64,000 bases of DNA from Crocinitomicaceae bacterium (GCA_002722795.1 PBMY01000003.1:13848-77847), one strand, 5' to 3'; positions 18,939 to 29,352 are shown, counted from the first letter of the stretch. A program made the numbers and translations. The notes: a model not told the origin generated them from the sequence alone.

Positions 18939-19255
18939 GCTACTTCGCAGTTTGGGTCAACTTGTTCCGCCCAAGCAGTAATTCCCCCCTCTAAGTTGTG
19001 AATGTTTGTATAGCCTAGTTGTGTTTCTAGGTGATGAGCTACTGCAGCTGATCTAGCGCCAGATCTACAGTATACAACTACATCGCAATCCTTTCTGATT
19101 TTGTCAAGGCTAGTTGTTAGAAGGTTCATAACGATGTGTTCAGAACCATCTATATATCCAACTTCTCTTTCCCAAGGTTCTCTAACGTCTATTATATCGT
19201 GATCTTTTGAAGAGTCAATCCAGTCCTTTAGATCTTTTGGTGAAATGTTATTCAT
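18935..19255 (-). CDS. Single-domain rhodanese-like sulfurtransferase
   Basis: Active-site loop VVYCRSGARS. About 106 aa counted from ATG 19255. It overlaps the comA stop by 8 nt. Confidence 0.85.
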   Translation of the reverse strand: MNNISPKDLKDWIDSSKDHDIIDVREPWEREVGYIDGSEHIVMNLLTTSLDKIRKDCDVVVYCRSGARSAAVAHHLETQLGYTNIHNLEGGITAWAEQVDPNCEVA

Positions 19256-20054
19256 CGTCACTATCTGGTTCTTGTCTAAGTCCTTTGGCCATACTTACTG
19301 GTAGGTGGTCGAAAAAGGTGTCTCCCCTTAATCCTAGACGCAATGCCTCCAATGGAATTATATCCCAAGGTCCGATATTTCCAAGATTAACGTTTGCTCC
19401 AAATTGCTGTATAAACCAAACTTGTTGAGCCTTTTTTGGTGCCTCCCATAGAATATCCTCTAATGCAACTTTGGCAAGAATTTTTCTAATAAGAGCAGTG
19501 TGTGCAGAGCCGTTGGGTCTATAAATACCAACGTTTCCACTTTCTCTCGCTTCGGCTATCACTTTCCAACTACCAGCCTCTAATTCCTTTCTCATCATGC
19601 TAGTCCATTTAGATGGACTTATGAGTATTCCGGCTTCTTTGGATCCAACTTCACTAAGTACTTTGTAGTTCTTGCTGAGCTTGTGAATGATTTCACATTT
19701 CTCATCCTCTTCGATAACCATAGAACCGTCACTCACTTCTAAACAATTAAGTCCCAAATCATCGATGAATTTTAAATAATCATCTAAAGATCTTCTAATA
19801 AAGAAAGCTTCAAATAGGGTGCCGCCACAATAAACCTCAATTCCTGCGTCTTGATAAATTTTTACCTTGTCCTTTATCCCGGGTGTAATGATGGATGTCC
19901 CAAACCCAAGCTTCAGAAGATCTATTCTATCTGCATTTAGAGATATAACATCCTCGGTCTGTCTCAAACTCAAGCCTTTATCCATAACCATGGTAAGCCC
20001 TGAATTTCTAGGTTTACTGGTTCTTTCTGGAACGTAAGATAATGAGGTGTTCAT
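19248..20054 (-). CDS. comA: (2R)-phospho-3-sulfolactate synthase (ComA family)
   Basis: PERTSKPRNSGLTMVMDKGL ... IDLLKLGFGTS ... GGTLFE ... LEVSDGS is the ComA-family pattern. Length is 268 aa. Confidence 0.78.
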   Translation of the reverse strand: MNTSLSYVPERTSKPRNSGLTMVMDKGLSLRQTEDVISLNADRIDLLKLGFGTSIITPGIKDKVKIYQDAGIEVYCGGTLFEAFFIRRSLDDYLKFIDDLGLNCLEVSDGSMVIEEDEKCEIIHKLSKNYKVLSEVGSKEAGILISPSKWTSMMRKELEAGSWKVIAEARESGNVGIYRPNGSAHTALIRKILAKVALEDILWEAPKKAQQVWFIQQFGANVNLGNIGPWDIIPLEALRLGLRGDTFFDHLPVSMAKGLRQEPDSDDE

Positions 20055-20060
20055 TAATTG

Positions 20061-21473
20061 TTATGGTTTCAATCGAGAGTATAAATCTGCAATTCTTGGA
20101 TCTTCTAGTATTTCAGGGAATGAATCTAAAATTCTTGAAGAATAGTCAAATGTGTGTATTAGTAATTGCTCAAAGAGATCAATCGCTCGACTTTCCTCAC
20201 CTGTTTTAAATAAGCTATAAACTTTTTGATATAATAAGTGATTGGGATTCTTTACAATTGTTAGCCCCTGTTGTAAAGCTTCAAGTGCTGCCTCGTGAGC
20301 ATCAATTCTTTGGAGATTATCAATTCTGCCTTCCCAAGCATCTTCATTTTTCGGGTCTCGTTCAAGAACAATTGTGAAATGTTTCTCAGCTTCTTTGGGC
20401 TTTCCAACTTTAATGAAAGATGTAGCTAAAAGGAGTCTATAATCAATATTATAACCATCGAGTGTGACTGCATGCTCAAAGTATTGAACAGCAACTGATG
20501 GAAGCGATTGAAGATCTGCTAGAACACCTAGTCCCACAAAGGCGTCAGTGTATTCAGCATCTAATTCTAAGCTTTGCTTGTAGTAATCTTCAGCACTATC
20601 AAATTCATTCAAACGCTCCATACATTCCCCCATATTGCAGAGAACATATGAGGATTTGGCCTCGACAGATAAAATATCTTTGTATGCTTCAAATGCTTCA
20701 GCGAAGTGTTCGCAAGAAGTTAGTGCTTCTGCTTTTTGGTGATAAGCTCTGATGTAGTTTTTGTCTATAGCTATGCAAAAGTCATATGAAGTGACAGCAT
20801 CTTTAATTTTGCCAACTCTATGGTACATTTTGCCAAGATTATACCATGCTGATTTGCTGTAGGGATTCTCGTCTATGTAATCTGTGAAGAATTCTACACC
20901 CTCAGTCATTGCCTCAGCTTTATCATAGCAAAATGCTAATTCAAAAAGCGCTGTATCACTATCCGGATACTTGTTTAGAGCATCCTTTAAAACAGAAATA
21001 GCTTTTCTCCATTCTCCAAGATTTTGATATTCTACTGCAATGTCAATATTTATGTCACCATGAAGATCTAAATCTGCACATTTTAGAGCTTTTTTAAAAT
21101 GCTTAATTGCAAATCTGTGTTCCTTTATTTGACTAAAAATGCTAGCTAGAGTAAGGTGAACTTCTTCATTGTTGGGTTCGAATGCAAGAAGATTCTTAAG
21201 TAATGGGATTGCCTTTATTTGTTTTCCCATGCTAGCAATTATTTGGGCTTCTCTTAACTGTAATGTTAAGTTTTCAGGAAATAAAGTACTAGCGTATTGA
21301 AGGACTTTTTTAGCATTATCAAATAAGCTAAAACTCAAATAATGTCCTATGATGGCTTCAAATTCTTCTAGGTCAAAATAGTGCTGGTCATTGTCCTCAA
21401 CCATTCGTTCAAAACGCTTGACTAAGTTGTCAATTTCGCTTTCGCCTTGATATTGTCTACCGTCGTCATTCAT
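20061..21473 (-). CDS. Tetratricopeptide (TPR) repeat protein
   Basis: Repeated 34-residue A/Y/L patterns, for example AWYNLGKMYHRVGKIKDAVTSYDFCIAIDKNY. I set the start at ATG 21473 because the listed start at 21482 is TTG. Confidence 0.7.
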   Translation of the reverse strand: MNDDGRQYQGESEIDNLVKRFERMVEDNDQHYFDLEEFEAIIGHYLSFSLFDNAKKVLQYASTLFPENLTLQLREAQIIASMGKQIKAIPLLKNLLAFEPNNEEVHLTLASIFSQIKEHRFAIKHFKKALKCADLDLHGDINIDIAVEYQNLGEWRKAISVLKDALNKYPDSDTALFELAFCYDKAEAMTEGVEFFTDYIDENPYSKSAWYNLGKMYHRVGKIKDAVTSYDFCIAIDKNYIRAYHQKAEALTSCEHFAEAFEAYKDILSVEAKSSYVLCNMGECMERLNEFDSAEDYYKQSLELDAEYTDAFVGLGVLADLQSLPSVAVQYFEHAVTLDGYNIDYRLLLATSFIKVGKPKEAEKHFTIVLERDPKNEDAWEGRIDNLQRIDAHEAALEALQQGLTIVKNPNHLLYQKVYSLFKTGEESRAIDLFEQLLIHTFDYSSRILDSFPEILEDPRIADLYSRLKP

Positions 21474-21592
21474 CCCTATCAAATCTAACGATCAAAGTTC
21501 GAAAATATTTACTAAAAACTCACGGGTTTTTAACATTTAAAGAGGATAACTAATGTTAGAGTATTCTTGCTACACTTCTTTACTTTGTAAGA

Positions 21593-22966
21593 ATGTTAAT
21601 TAAGTCGATTTCTGGCATTAGAGGAACCATTGGGGGATCACCTGGTGAAGCACTTACACCACCTGATGTGGTAAAGTTTGCTACTGGATATGCTCTTTGG
21701 GTAAAGGAGGCTAGTGGTTCTGAAAACCCTGTAGTTGTTATTGGTAGAGATGCTAGAATATCTGGATCAATGATGAGTCTACTTGTGTCATCGACTTTGA
21801 ATAGCTTAGGGGTAGATGTGGTAGATTTAGGTTTAAGTACAACACCAACAGTTGAGCTTGCTGTACCTGAACTTGACGCTAATGGAGGCATTATTCTCAC
21901 TGCATCTCATAACCCCAAAAATTGGAACGCTTTAAAACTTCTCAATTCTGCTGGTGAATTTTTATCAAAAGCAGCTGGCGAGCGAGTTTTGGAACTTGCA
22001 GAAACACCAACTGAATTTTCTGAAGTAGATCACTTGGGAAAAACATCTCGTGATGACTCTTGGATTAAATGGCATGTTGATCACGTAATAGGTCTTGAAT
22101 TGGTCAACGCGGATTTAATTCGATCAGCTGGATTAAAAGTAGCTGTTGATGGAATTAATTCTTCAGGAGGAATTGCAATACCTCTTTTGCTTGAGTCTAT
22201 GGGAGTAGAAGTAATAAAAGTCCACTGTGATCCTGATGGTGAATTTGCTCATAATCCAGAGCCTTTGCCAGCACATCTTATTGATTTAAGTTCAGCAGTA
22301 GTTGAAAATAGATGTAGTCTAGGAATTAGTGTTGACCCTGATGTTGATAGACTTTGTTTTGTAAGTGAAGACGGTTCCTTCTTCGGAGAGGAATACACCT
22401 TGGTTGCAGTAGCAGATTACGTTTTGTCTAAAACTCCAGGAAACACAGTTAGCAATATGAGTTCAACAAGAGCTCTTAGCATCGTTACCGAAAAACATGG
22501 AGAAACTTACACAGCATCCGCTGTAGGAGAAGTGAATGTGGTTGAAGCAATAAGAGCTACAAATGCAATTATTGGAGGTGAAGGAAATGGAGGGATTATT
22601 TATCCTACTTCTCACGCTGGAAGAGATGCTCTTATTGGTGTAGGCCTATTTTTGACACATCTTGTTGAACAAGGAGTAAGTTGCAGCGAATTGAGAAATA
22701 CATATCCTGATTTTGTAATTTGTAAGGATAAAATTGAATTGCCAGAGTCTGGAGTTGAGGAAGCGCTTGAAAAATTAGTTGAAAATCACCCTGAGGCTGA
22801 AATTAATACGATAGACGGAGTGAAATTCGATTTAAATGGGGGGTGGGTTCACCTCAGAAGAAGTAATACTGAACCCATTATCAGAGTTTATGCTGAAGCT
22901 TCAACAGAAGATACTGCAAATGCACTTGCTAGAAGATTCAAATCTGAATTACTAAACCTGCTGTGA
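21593..22966 (+). CDS. glmM: Phosphoglucosamine mutase (alpha-D-phosphohexomutase family)
   Basis: MLIKSISGIRGTIGG N-terminus, active-site TASHNPKNWNALK, and metal loop VDPDVDR. Confidence 0.85.
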   Translation: MLIKSISGIRGTIGGSPGEALTPPDVVKFATGYALWVKEASGSENPVVVIGRDARISGSMMSLLVSSTLNSLGVDVVDLGLSTTPTVELAVPELDANGGIILTASHNPKNWNALKLLNSAGEFLSKAAGERVLELAETPTEFSEVDHLGKTSRDDSWIKWHVDHVIGLELVNADLIRSAGLKVAVDGINSSGGIAIPLLLESMGVEVIKVHCDPDGEFAHNPEPLPAHLIDLSSAVVENRCSLGISVDPDVDRLCFVSEDGSFFGEEYTLVAVADYVLSKTPGNTVSNMSSTRALSIVTEKHGETYTASAVGEVNVVEAIRATNAIIGGEGNGGIIYPTSHAGRDALIGVGLFLTHLVEQGVSCSELRNTYPDFVICKDKIELPESGVEEALEKLVENHPEAEINTIDGVKFDLNGGWVHLRRSNTEPIIRVYAEASTEDTANALARRFKSELLNLL

Positions 22967-24105
22967 AACAGATTTATTTAGATAACGCGGCAACCACGCC
23001 GTTAGCACCAGAAGTTGCAGAGGCAATGATTCCAGTTTTGACTGATGTTTATGGAAATCCATCATCAAGTCATGCAATTGGTCGTAAAGCAAAAGCCTTA
23101 ATTGAAACTTCACGTAGGGATATTGCTCGTCAACTTGGATGTGAGCCTAAGAGTATAATTTTCACTTCCGGTGGAACTGAGGCAGATAATTTGGCATTGA
23201 GAACTGCTGTTAAAGATTTGGGATGTAAGAGGATTATTACTTCTCCTGCTGAACACAGCGCTGTCATTGCTAGTGCTGAAAAGATGTCCACTCTTTTTGG
23301 TGTTGAAATTCTACATGTTAAGCATCTAGAAGACGCAACTGTTGACCTAGTTCACCTTGAAAATTTGCTTTCTAAAGGGCCTAAAACTTTAGTGAGTCTT
23401 ATGCATGCCAATAATGAGATTGGAGTGATTCAACCATTGGATAAGCTCAGCGCTCTTTGCATAAAGTATGACGCTGTTTTCCATAGTGATACAGTCCAAA
23501 CCATGGGGCATTATCCCTTCAGTCTCGATTCATTAGAAATTGATTACCTGACTTGTTCAGCACATAAATTTCATGGGCCAAAAGGGACTGGATTCTTATA
23601 CACTCACCCTAAGAACAAAATCAGATCCCAAATCGTAGGTGGAGGTCAGGAGAGAGGGTTGCGATCTGGAACAGAAAATCTTCATGGGATTGTTGGTCTA
23701 GCAGCAGCCATAAACCTTGCGTACGATAACATCAATGCTCATGAGACTCACGTTAGGTCAATCAAAAAGCGCATGGCTGACGGTTTGCGAGAAAGAATAC
23801 CCGGCGTCAGCTTCAATGCTAACTCAGATTGCGTTAGCAGATTGTATACAGTGTTAAATGTGAAGTTTCCACCCCACCCAAATAGCGGTATGGCGCTTTT
23901 CCTTCTCGACCTTGAGGGAGTAGCGTGTTCAGGAGGGAGCGCATGCTCATCTGGAGCCACTAAAGGATCTCACGTACTCAACTCTCTAGGATATCACGAT
24001 CCTGAAAGGGCTAGTTTGAGATTCTCATTCTCACATTACACGACTGATGAGGAGATAGATTTTGCCTTGGAAGCTATTTCCAAGGTTTTTGCTCCATTAG
24101 ACTGA
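22963..24105 (+). CDS. Cysteine desulfurase (class V aminotransferase, NifS/IscS-like)
   Basis: IYLDNAATTP, PLP lysine motif SAHKFHGPKG, RSGTEN, and the GGSACSSG catalytic Cys loop. The GTG start overlaps the glmM TGA. Confidence 0.85.
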   Translation: MKQIYLDNAATTPLAPEVAEAMIPVLTDVYGNPSSSHAIGRKAKALIETSRRDIARQLGCEPKSIIFTSGGTEADNLALRTAVKDLGCKRIITSPAEHSAVIASAEKMSTLFGVEILHVKHLEDATVDLVHLENLLSKGPKTLVSLMHANNEIGVIQPLDKLSALCIKYDAVFHSDTVQTMGHYPFSLDSLEIDYLTCSAHKFHGPKGTGFLYTHPKNKIRSQIVGGGQERGLRSGTENLHGIVGLAAAINLAYDNINAHETHVRSIKKRMADGLRERIPGVSFNANSDCVSRLYTVLNVKFPPHPNSGMALFLLDLEGVACSGGSACSSGATKGSHVLNSLGYHDPERASLRFSFSHYTTDEEIDFALEAISKVFAPLD

Positions 24106-24106
24106 T

Positions 24107-25624
24107 ATGCCCATCAATAAAATATTCTCTCGGTTTATACGATTGAGGATGAAGGAGATAACATCAACTCTTTCAAGTCCTATTAAAACTCAGGAAAATG
24201 TTTTTAATGATTTATTTAATCAACTGTGTGAGACTCAATTTGGCGTTGAGCACAACATTAGTTATTTCAGCAAAGTAGCCCCCTGCGATCAATTTTCTAA
24301 AATTCCCATAAGAACTTATGACGAATTTAAGCCATGGATAGAACGGGCAAGAGGAGGGGAGTTAAGTGTTGTTTGGCCTGGCAAGACTAACTGGTTTGCC
24401 AAAAGCTCAGGTACAACATCAGATAGAAGCAAGTATTTACCAGTAACAGAAGCATCTCTAAAAACAGGTCATTACAAAGGTGGTAGAGATCTCCTCGCAA
24501 TATTCTGTGACCAAAAACCAGAAGCTCCACTTTACGCTGGAAAACATTTAATAATTGGTGGATCAAGCGCACTTCACGAGGATAGTAGCGGAGCTTATAC
24601 CGGGGATTTATCGGCAATTATCGTCAGAAATTTACCGCCTTGGGTTGAGATGAGGAGGACCCCTTCTAGAGATATTACTCTCTTAGAGGATTGGAAGACT
24701 AAGGTTAAGCTAATGGCTGAAAAGGTAGCTGAAGAGGACGTTAGAATATTAGCTGGCGTGCCTAGTTGGATGCTTGTTGTCTGCAAGGAAGTTCTAAAAA
24801 TTAAGGATGCTGAATCACTTGACGTGGTTTGGCCAAACCTTTGGCTTTATATGCATGGTGGGGTCGGATTTGGCCCATATGAAGAGGAGTTTAAAAGGCT
24901 CATCAAGTCTGATAAGATGAATTATATGGAGACCTATAATGCGTCTGAGGGATTCTTTGCTTTACAGGATAAACTCGAAAGAAAAGACATGGCTCTTCTT
25001 CTGAATCACGGCATTTTCTATGAGTTTATTCCCATGATTGATTTTGATGAGAATAACTTAGGTAGGACCCTGACATTATCTGAAATTGAGATTGGTAAGG
25101 ATTATGCCATGGTGGTTTCTACAAACGCAGGTCTTTGGAGATATCTATTAGGTGACGTTGTTACTTTTACTAGCACTTCTCCATTTCGCATAGTTGTTAA
25201 GGGCCGAACTTCATCATTCATTAATGTGGTTGGAGAGGAGCTTATGATAGCCCAAACCGAGCAAGCCCTCGCTCTAGTACTCTCAAGGTTTGGCCATACC
25301 CTAAAAGAATTCACGGCTGCACCAATTTTTTCAATTGAAAGCGGTAAGCCAATTTCTCACCAATGGGCAATTGAACTTCAGCCTTCAGAAAACAAATCGC
25401 CAAATTTATCTCAGTTTACGCATGAATTAGACGCTAGACTTAGAGAATTAAATTCTGATTATGACGCAAAGAGGGCAGAGGATTTTGTTTTGCAAATTCC
25501 AAACGTAGTGTTTGTAGAATCAGGCACTTTTGAAAAGTGGTTGGTTTCAAAAAATAAGCTTGGTGGACAGCATAAAATACCAAGACTTTCAAACTCTCGT
25601 AAAATCATTGATGAAATCTTGTAG
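24107..25624 (+). CDS. Bacterial GH3 (auxin-responsive promoter) family adenylate-forming enzyme homologue
   Basis: FAKSSGTTSDRSKYLPVT, YNASEGFFA and the C-terminal GGQHKIPRL are typical of the GH3 family. Length is 505 aa. Confidence 0.78.
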   Translation: MPINKIFSRFIRLRMKEITSTLSSPIKTQENVFNDLFNQLCETQFGVEHNISYFSKVAPCDQFSKIPIRTYDEFKPWIERARGGELSVVWPGKTNWFAKSSGTTSDRSKYLPVTEASLKTGHYKGGRDLLAIFCDQKPEAPLYAGKHLIIGGSSALHEDSSGAYTGDLSAIIVRNLPPWVEMRRTPSRDITLLEDWKTKVKLMAEKVAEEDVRILAGVPSWMLVVCKEVLKIKDAESLDVVWPNLWLYMHGGVGFGPYEEEFKRLIKSDKMNYMETYNASEGFFALQDKLERKDMALLLNHGIFYEFIPMIDFDENNLGRTLTLSEIEIGKDYAMVVSTNAGLWRYLLGDVVTFTSTSPFRIVVKGRTSSFINVVGEELMIAQTEQALALVLSRFGHTLKEFTAAPIFSIESGKPISHQWAIELQPSENKSPNLSQFTHELDARLRELNSDYDAKRAEDFVLQIPNVVFVESGTFEKWLVSKNKLGGQHKIPRLSNSRKIIDEIL

Positions 25625-25669
25625 CTCCTTCACTTAGGTGCTATTTTTCGAGTCCATTACTTTTTTACA

Positions 25670-26299
25670 ATGCATATAGCAGTAGCCGGAAATATTGGGT
25701 CGGGTAAAACAACACTGACCACACTCTTAGCCAAACATTACCGTTACACTCCTCATTTTGAAAGTGTAGACGATAATCCATATTTAAACGATTTTTACAA
25801 GGACATGAAGCGTTGGTCTTTCAACCTCCAGGTGTACTTTTTGAATTCTAGATTTGCTCAACTTATCGATCTTAAGGAGAAGGGGAAGCCTATTATTCAA
25901 GACAGAACAATTTATGAGGATGCTCATATTTTTGCTCCTAATCTGAATGCGATGGGTCTTTTGACTAAGCGAGACTTTGACAATTACTTATTGTTGTTTG
26001 GTCTTATGGAATCATTCGTAAGTCCACCTGACCTTTTAATTTATTTAAGGGCATCTGTTCCAACTCTTGTATCTCAAATTCAAGAAAGAGGAAGGGATTA
26101 TGAAGAAGCTATAAGGTTAGATTACCTAAGCCGCCTCAACGAACGCTACGAAGCTTGGATTTCTACTTATGATAAGGGGGAGCTTTTAATCATTGATGTA
26201 GATGATAACAGTTTCCACCAAAGCAAAGAGGATCTAGGAAAGATTATCGAAGCGATAGATGGTAAGCTTCACGGTCTATTTGAAGAGAAGAAAAAATAA
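25670..26299 (+). CDS. Deoxynucleoside kinase
   Basis: P-loop IAVAGNIGSGKTTL, plus the DR..YED and RGRDYE blocks. Confidence 0.85.
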   Translation: MHIAVAGNIGSGKTTLTTLLAKHYRYTPHFESVDDNPYLNDFYKDMKRWSFNLQVYFLNSRFAQLIDLKEKGKPIIQDRTIYEDAHIFAPNLNAMGLLTKRDFDNYLLLFGLMESFVSPPDLLIYLRASVPTLVSQIQERGRDYEEAIRLDYLSRLNERYEAWISTYDKGELLIIDVDDNSFHQSKEDLGKIIEAIDGKLHGLFEEKKK

Positions 26300-26314
26300 A
26301 TCTTTCACATAAAT

Positions 26315-26343
26315 AAAAAGCCCCACCTTGGCGGGGCTTTTTT
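26315..26343. terminator. Bidirectional Rho-independent terminator between convergent genes
   Basis: AAAAAGCCCC (26315-26324) pairs with GGGGCTTTTT (26333-26342), giving an A-run on one side and a T-run on the other. Confidence 0.7.
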
Positions 26344-26362
26344 AATGCTTGTAATTTCCTAC

Positions 26363-27028
26363 TTAAACAGCAGTGAAAGTAAACTTAAGGTGAACATCGT
26401 CATTGATCGCTCTATCTCCTAAGTTGTCGAAGAAAGAACCAGAGCCATAAATGATTTTATGCTTAGTTCTATCAATGAAGAATTCTCCGCTAATTTCATA
26501 AGCATTTGCGCCTCCTTCAAATTTTAGTTCTTTAGTTGTAATCGGAGCTTCATATTCAACAGTTCCTCCGTGTAGGTAAAGCTTAATAGAAGAGATAAGT
26601 TCGTCTTCACGTTCTTTTACTCCAATAATCTTCACATCTGCAACTGGGAATTTCTCAACATCAAGAAAATCAGCAGACTTCAAGTGCGAGTCTATGTTCT
26701 CTTTGTCCTCTCCTTCAAGATCAGTACAAGTGAAACTATTCATATCGAGAGTCAACATACCACTTGTAAGAACACCTCCTTCAATTTTAATCTTTCCGTT
26801 TGAAGTAGAAATTGTTCCTTCGTGTCCTGATCCGTTTAGCTTTTTTGCAGTCCAAACGACAACAGAATTCTCTTTTGTTAAAGAGTACATACCGTCAGGA
26901 ATGTTTAGCTTAGCACCTTTTACTTGCGCTTTCGTTACATTACCTTCAATAGGCTTACTATTGCCTTCGTTAGAGCAAGATGCAAGTCCTGCAAGTAGAG
27001 TAATAATTAGAGTTTTGAATAATCTCAT
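26363..27028 (-). CDS. YceI-like (polyisoprenoid-binding) lipoprotein
   Basis: Lipobox LLAGLASC, and a YceI-like block LTLDMNSFTCTD....ENIDSHLKSADFLDVEKFP. Confidence 0.68.
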   Translation of the reverse strand: MRLFKTLIITLLAGLASCSNEGNSKPIEGNVTKAQVKGAKLNIPDGMYSLTKENSVVVWTAKKLNGSGHEGTISTSNGKIKIEGGVLTSGMLTLDMNSFTCTDLEGEDKENIDSHLKSADFLDVEKFPVADVKIIGVKEREDELISSIKLYLHGGTVEYEAPITTKELKFEGGANAYEISGEFFIDRTKHKIIYGSGSFFDNLGDRAINDDVHLKFTFTAV

Positions 27029-27039
27029 GTTATTGAGTT

Positions 27040-29352
27040 TTAGTGTTCGTGACCTTCCTCACCGTCGTGGTCATGCTCTTCACTATCGTGGTTGTGAGAC
27101 TCTTCAGCGTGCTCGTTTGCATCGTTATCAACCTCTTGGTCAATTACAACTTCAATCTGAGTATCATGGTTGTGAGTACACTCACCGTGACCCTCAGAAA
27201 GTAGTGGAGCAATAACAAGTCCGATTAGACAAGTAAGCTTAATAAGAATGTTCATTGACGGACCAGAAGTGTCCTTAAATGGATCACCAACTGTATCTCC
27301 AGTAACAGCAGCTTTGTGAGCGTCAGATCCTTTGTAAGTCATCTCTCCATCAATTTCAACTCCAGCCTCGAAACTCTTCTTAGCGTTGTCCCAAGCGCCA
27401 CCGGCGTTGTTTTGGAATATTGCCCAAAGAACACCACTAACCGCTACACCTGCCATGTAAGATCCAAGAGGTTCAGCACCAAGTGTAAATCCAATTACTA
27501 GTGGAGATACAATTGTAATAGCTCCTGGTAGCATCATTTCCTTAAGAGCAGCTTGTGTCGAAATTTCAACACATTTGCCATACTCAGGAGTTCCTTTACC
27601 TTCCATAATTCCAGGAATTTCCTTGAACTGACGACGAACTTCCTTTACCATTTCCATAGCAGCCTTACCTACTGAATTCATTGCAAGTGCAGAGAAAACT
27701 ACAGGAACCATTGCACCTACAAAAAGAGTTGCAAGAACATCGGCCTTAAAAATGTTGATACCATCAATTCCTGTCATTGTAACGTAGGCAGCAAATAATG
27801 CAAGAGCTGTTAGTGCAGCAGATGCAATTGCGAATCCTTTACCAATCGCAGCAGTTGTGTTACCAACTGAATCAAGAATGTCTGTTCGTTCTCTTACTTC
27901 CTCAGGGAGTTCACACATCTCAGCGATACCACCAGCATTGTCAGCAATTGGGCCAAAGGCATCAATTGCAAGCTGCATTGCTGTTGTTGCCATCATAGCA
28001 CAAGCTGCAATAGCTACACCGTAGAAACCAGCAAATTCGTATGAAGCGTAGATGGCTACAGCAAAAAGAATAATAGGACCAAACGTAGACATCATACCAA
28101 CAGCAAGTCCAGAAATGATGTTTGTACCAGCTCCAGTGTTTGAGTTTCTTACGATTTCAAGCACAGGCTTCTTTCCAAGTCCTGTGTAGTACTCAGTCAT
28201 CCAGCTAATTCCACCACCTACACCAAGGCCTACAAGTACAGCATAGAATACGTGGATAGATGCAAATGGTGTTGAAGATTTAGCAGCATCTTGGAAAAAT
28301 TCCATGTTCAATTGAGCAGGAAGCATCCAGTCAATTAAGAAGTAACAAGCTACTGCTGTCATAAGAATAGAGCCCCAATTTCCTTTGTTTAATGCGGCCT
28401 GAACTTCCGGTTCTTTACCGTCATCTCCAACTTTAATGAAGTTTGTGGCAATGATAGAGAATACGATTCCAAGAGCAGAAATAACTAGCGGAAGTAGAAG
28501 TGTTGCTAAACCTCCAAAGTTGTCTGCATATGCGTCTCCCATATCACGTACTACGTATACACCTAGCACCATAGCTGCAAGAACTGTTGCTACATATGAG
28601 CCAAATAGATCTGCACCCATACCTGCAACGTCACCTACGTTATCGCCTACGTTATCAGCAATAGTTGCAGGGTTACGAGGATCATCTTCTGGAATACCTG
28701 CCTCAACCTTACCTACAAGGTCAGCACCAACGTCAGCGGCTTTAGTATAAATACCACCACCAACACGAGCAAATAGAGCGATAGATTCAGCACCTAGTGA
28801 GAACCCGGCAAGGGCTTCTAAAACAACAATCATGTCATCAACGTTCGTTACGTCAATAGTTCCTAAGATGCTTGATTTAATAAGGATGATGAAAAGAACA
28901 CTTAGACCAAATACTGCTAATCCAGCAACACCTAATCCCATAATTGTACCACCTGTAAAGCTCACTTTAAGTCCTTTTGAAAGGCTTGTACGAGCAGCTT
29001 CAGTAGTTCTTACGTTTGCTTCAGTAGCAATACGCATTCCGATATTACCTGCAACTGCAGAGAATACAGCTCCAATTACAAATGCTACAACGATGAACCA
29101 GTGCGTGGTTGCTACCATTGTAGATACAAGACCAAGTAAACCTCCTGCGATAACTACGAATACAGCAAGTAATCTGTACTCCGCATTTAAGAAAGCAAGT
29201 GCACCTTCGTGGATGTACTTTGCGATTTCAGACATGCGTTTATTACCAGTAGACTGTTTACGAACCCATGCAGTCTGTAAAGCCATAATAATTAGTCCTA
29301 AAACGGCAATGGCAGGAACTAAGTAAATTAAATTTTGATTTAAAAAATCCAT
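27040..29352 (-). CDS. hppA: Membrane-bound ion-translocating pyrophosphatase, K+-dependent sequence type, with His/Asp/Glu-rich C-terminal tail
   Basis: Matching blocks are [38 protein letters not shown], and [18 protein letters not shown], where Ala is at the K+-dependence position. [17 protein letters not shown] is also present. Length is 770 aa. Confidence 0.95.
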   Translation of the reverse strand: MDFLNQNLIYLVPAIAVLGLIIMALQTAWVRKQSTGNKRMSEIAKYIHEGALAFLNAEYRLLAVFVVIAGGLLGLVSTMVATTHWFIVVAFVIGAVFSAVAGNIGMRIATEANVRTTEAARTSLSKGLKVSFTGGTIMGLGVAGLAVFGLSVLFIILIKSSILGTIDVTNVDDMIVVLEALAGFSLGAESIALFARVGGGIYTKAADVGADLVGKVEAGIPEDDPRNPATIADNVGDNVGDVAGMGADLFGSYVATVLAAMVLGVYVVRDMGDAYADNFGGLATLLLPLVISALGIVFSIIATNFIKVGDDGKEPEVQAALNKGNWGSILMTAVACYFLIDWMLPAQLNMEFFQDAAKSSTPFASIHVFYAVLVGLGVGGGISWMTEYYTGLGKKPVLEIVRNSNTGAGTNIISGLAVGMMSTFGPIILFAVAIYASYEFAGFYGVAIAACAMMATTAMQLAIDAFGPIADNAGGIAEMCELPEEVRERTDILDSVGNTTAAIGKGFAIASAALTALALFAAYVTMTGIDGINIFKADVLATLFVGAMVPVVFSALAMNSVGKAAMEMVKEVRRQFKEIPGIMEGKGTPEYGKCVEISTQAALKEMMLPGAITIVSPLVIGFTLGAEPLGSYMAGVAVSGVLWAIFQNNAGGAWDNAKKSFEAGVEIDGEMTYKGSDAHKAAVTGDTVGDPFKDTSGPSMNILIKLTCLIGLVIAPLLSEGHGECTHNHDTQIEVVIDQEVDNDANEHAEESHNHDSEEHDHDGEEGHEH

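Noticed and set aside
25670-26299. Two deoxynucleoside kinase paralogues (25670-26299 and 48752-49387) as a possible recent duplication.
   Set aside because: The proteins are clearly diverged from each other. A dAK/dGK-type pair is common in Bacteroidota and Firmicutes, so this is not unusual.
26694-29326. Several plus-strand ORFs (173, 61, 66, 104 and 164 aa) opposite the YceI-like and pyrophosphatase genes.
   Set aside because: All are antisense to genes with unambiguous family motifs. Their compositions are biased (Pro/Ser/Thr/Ala runs), consistent with mirror frames of a membrane-protein gene.
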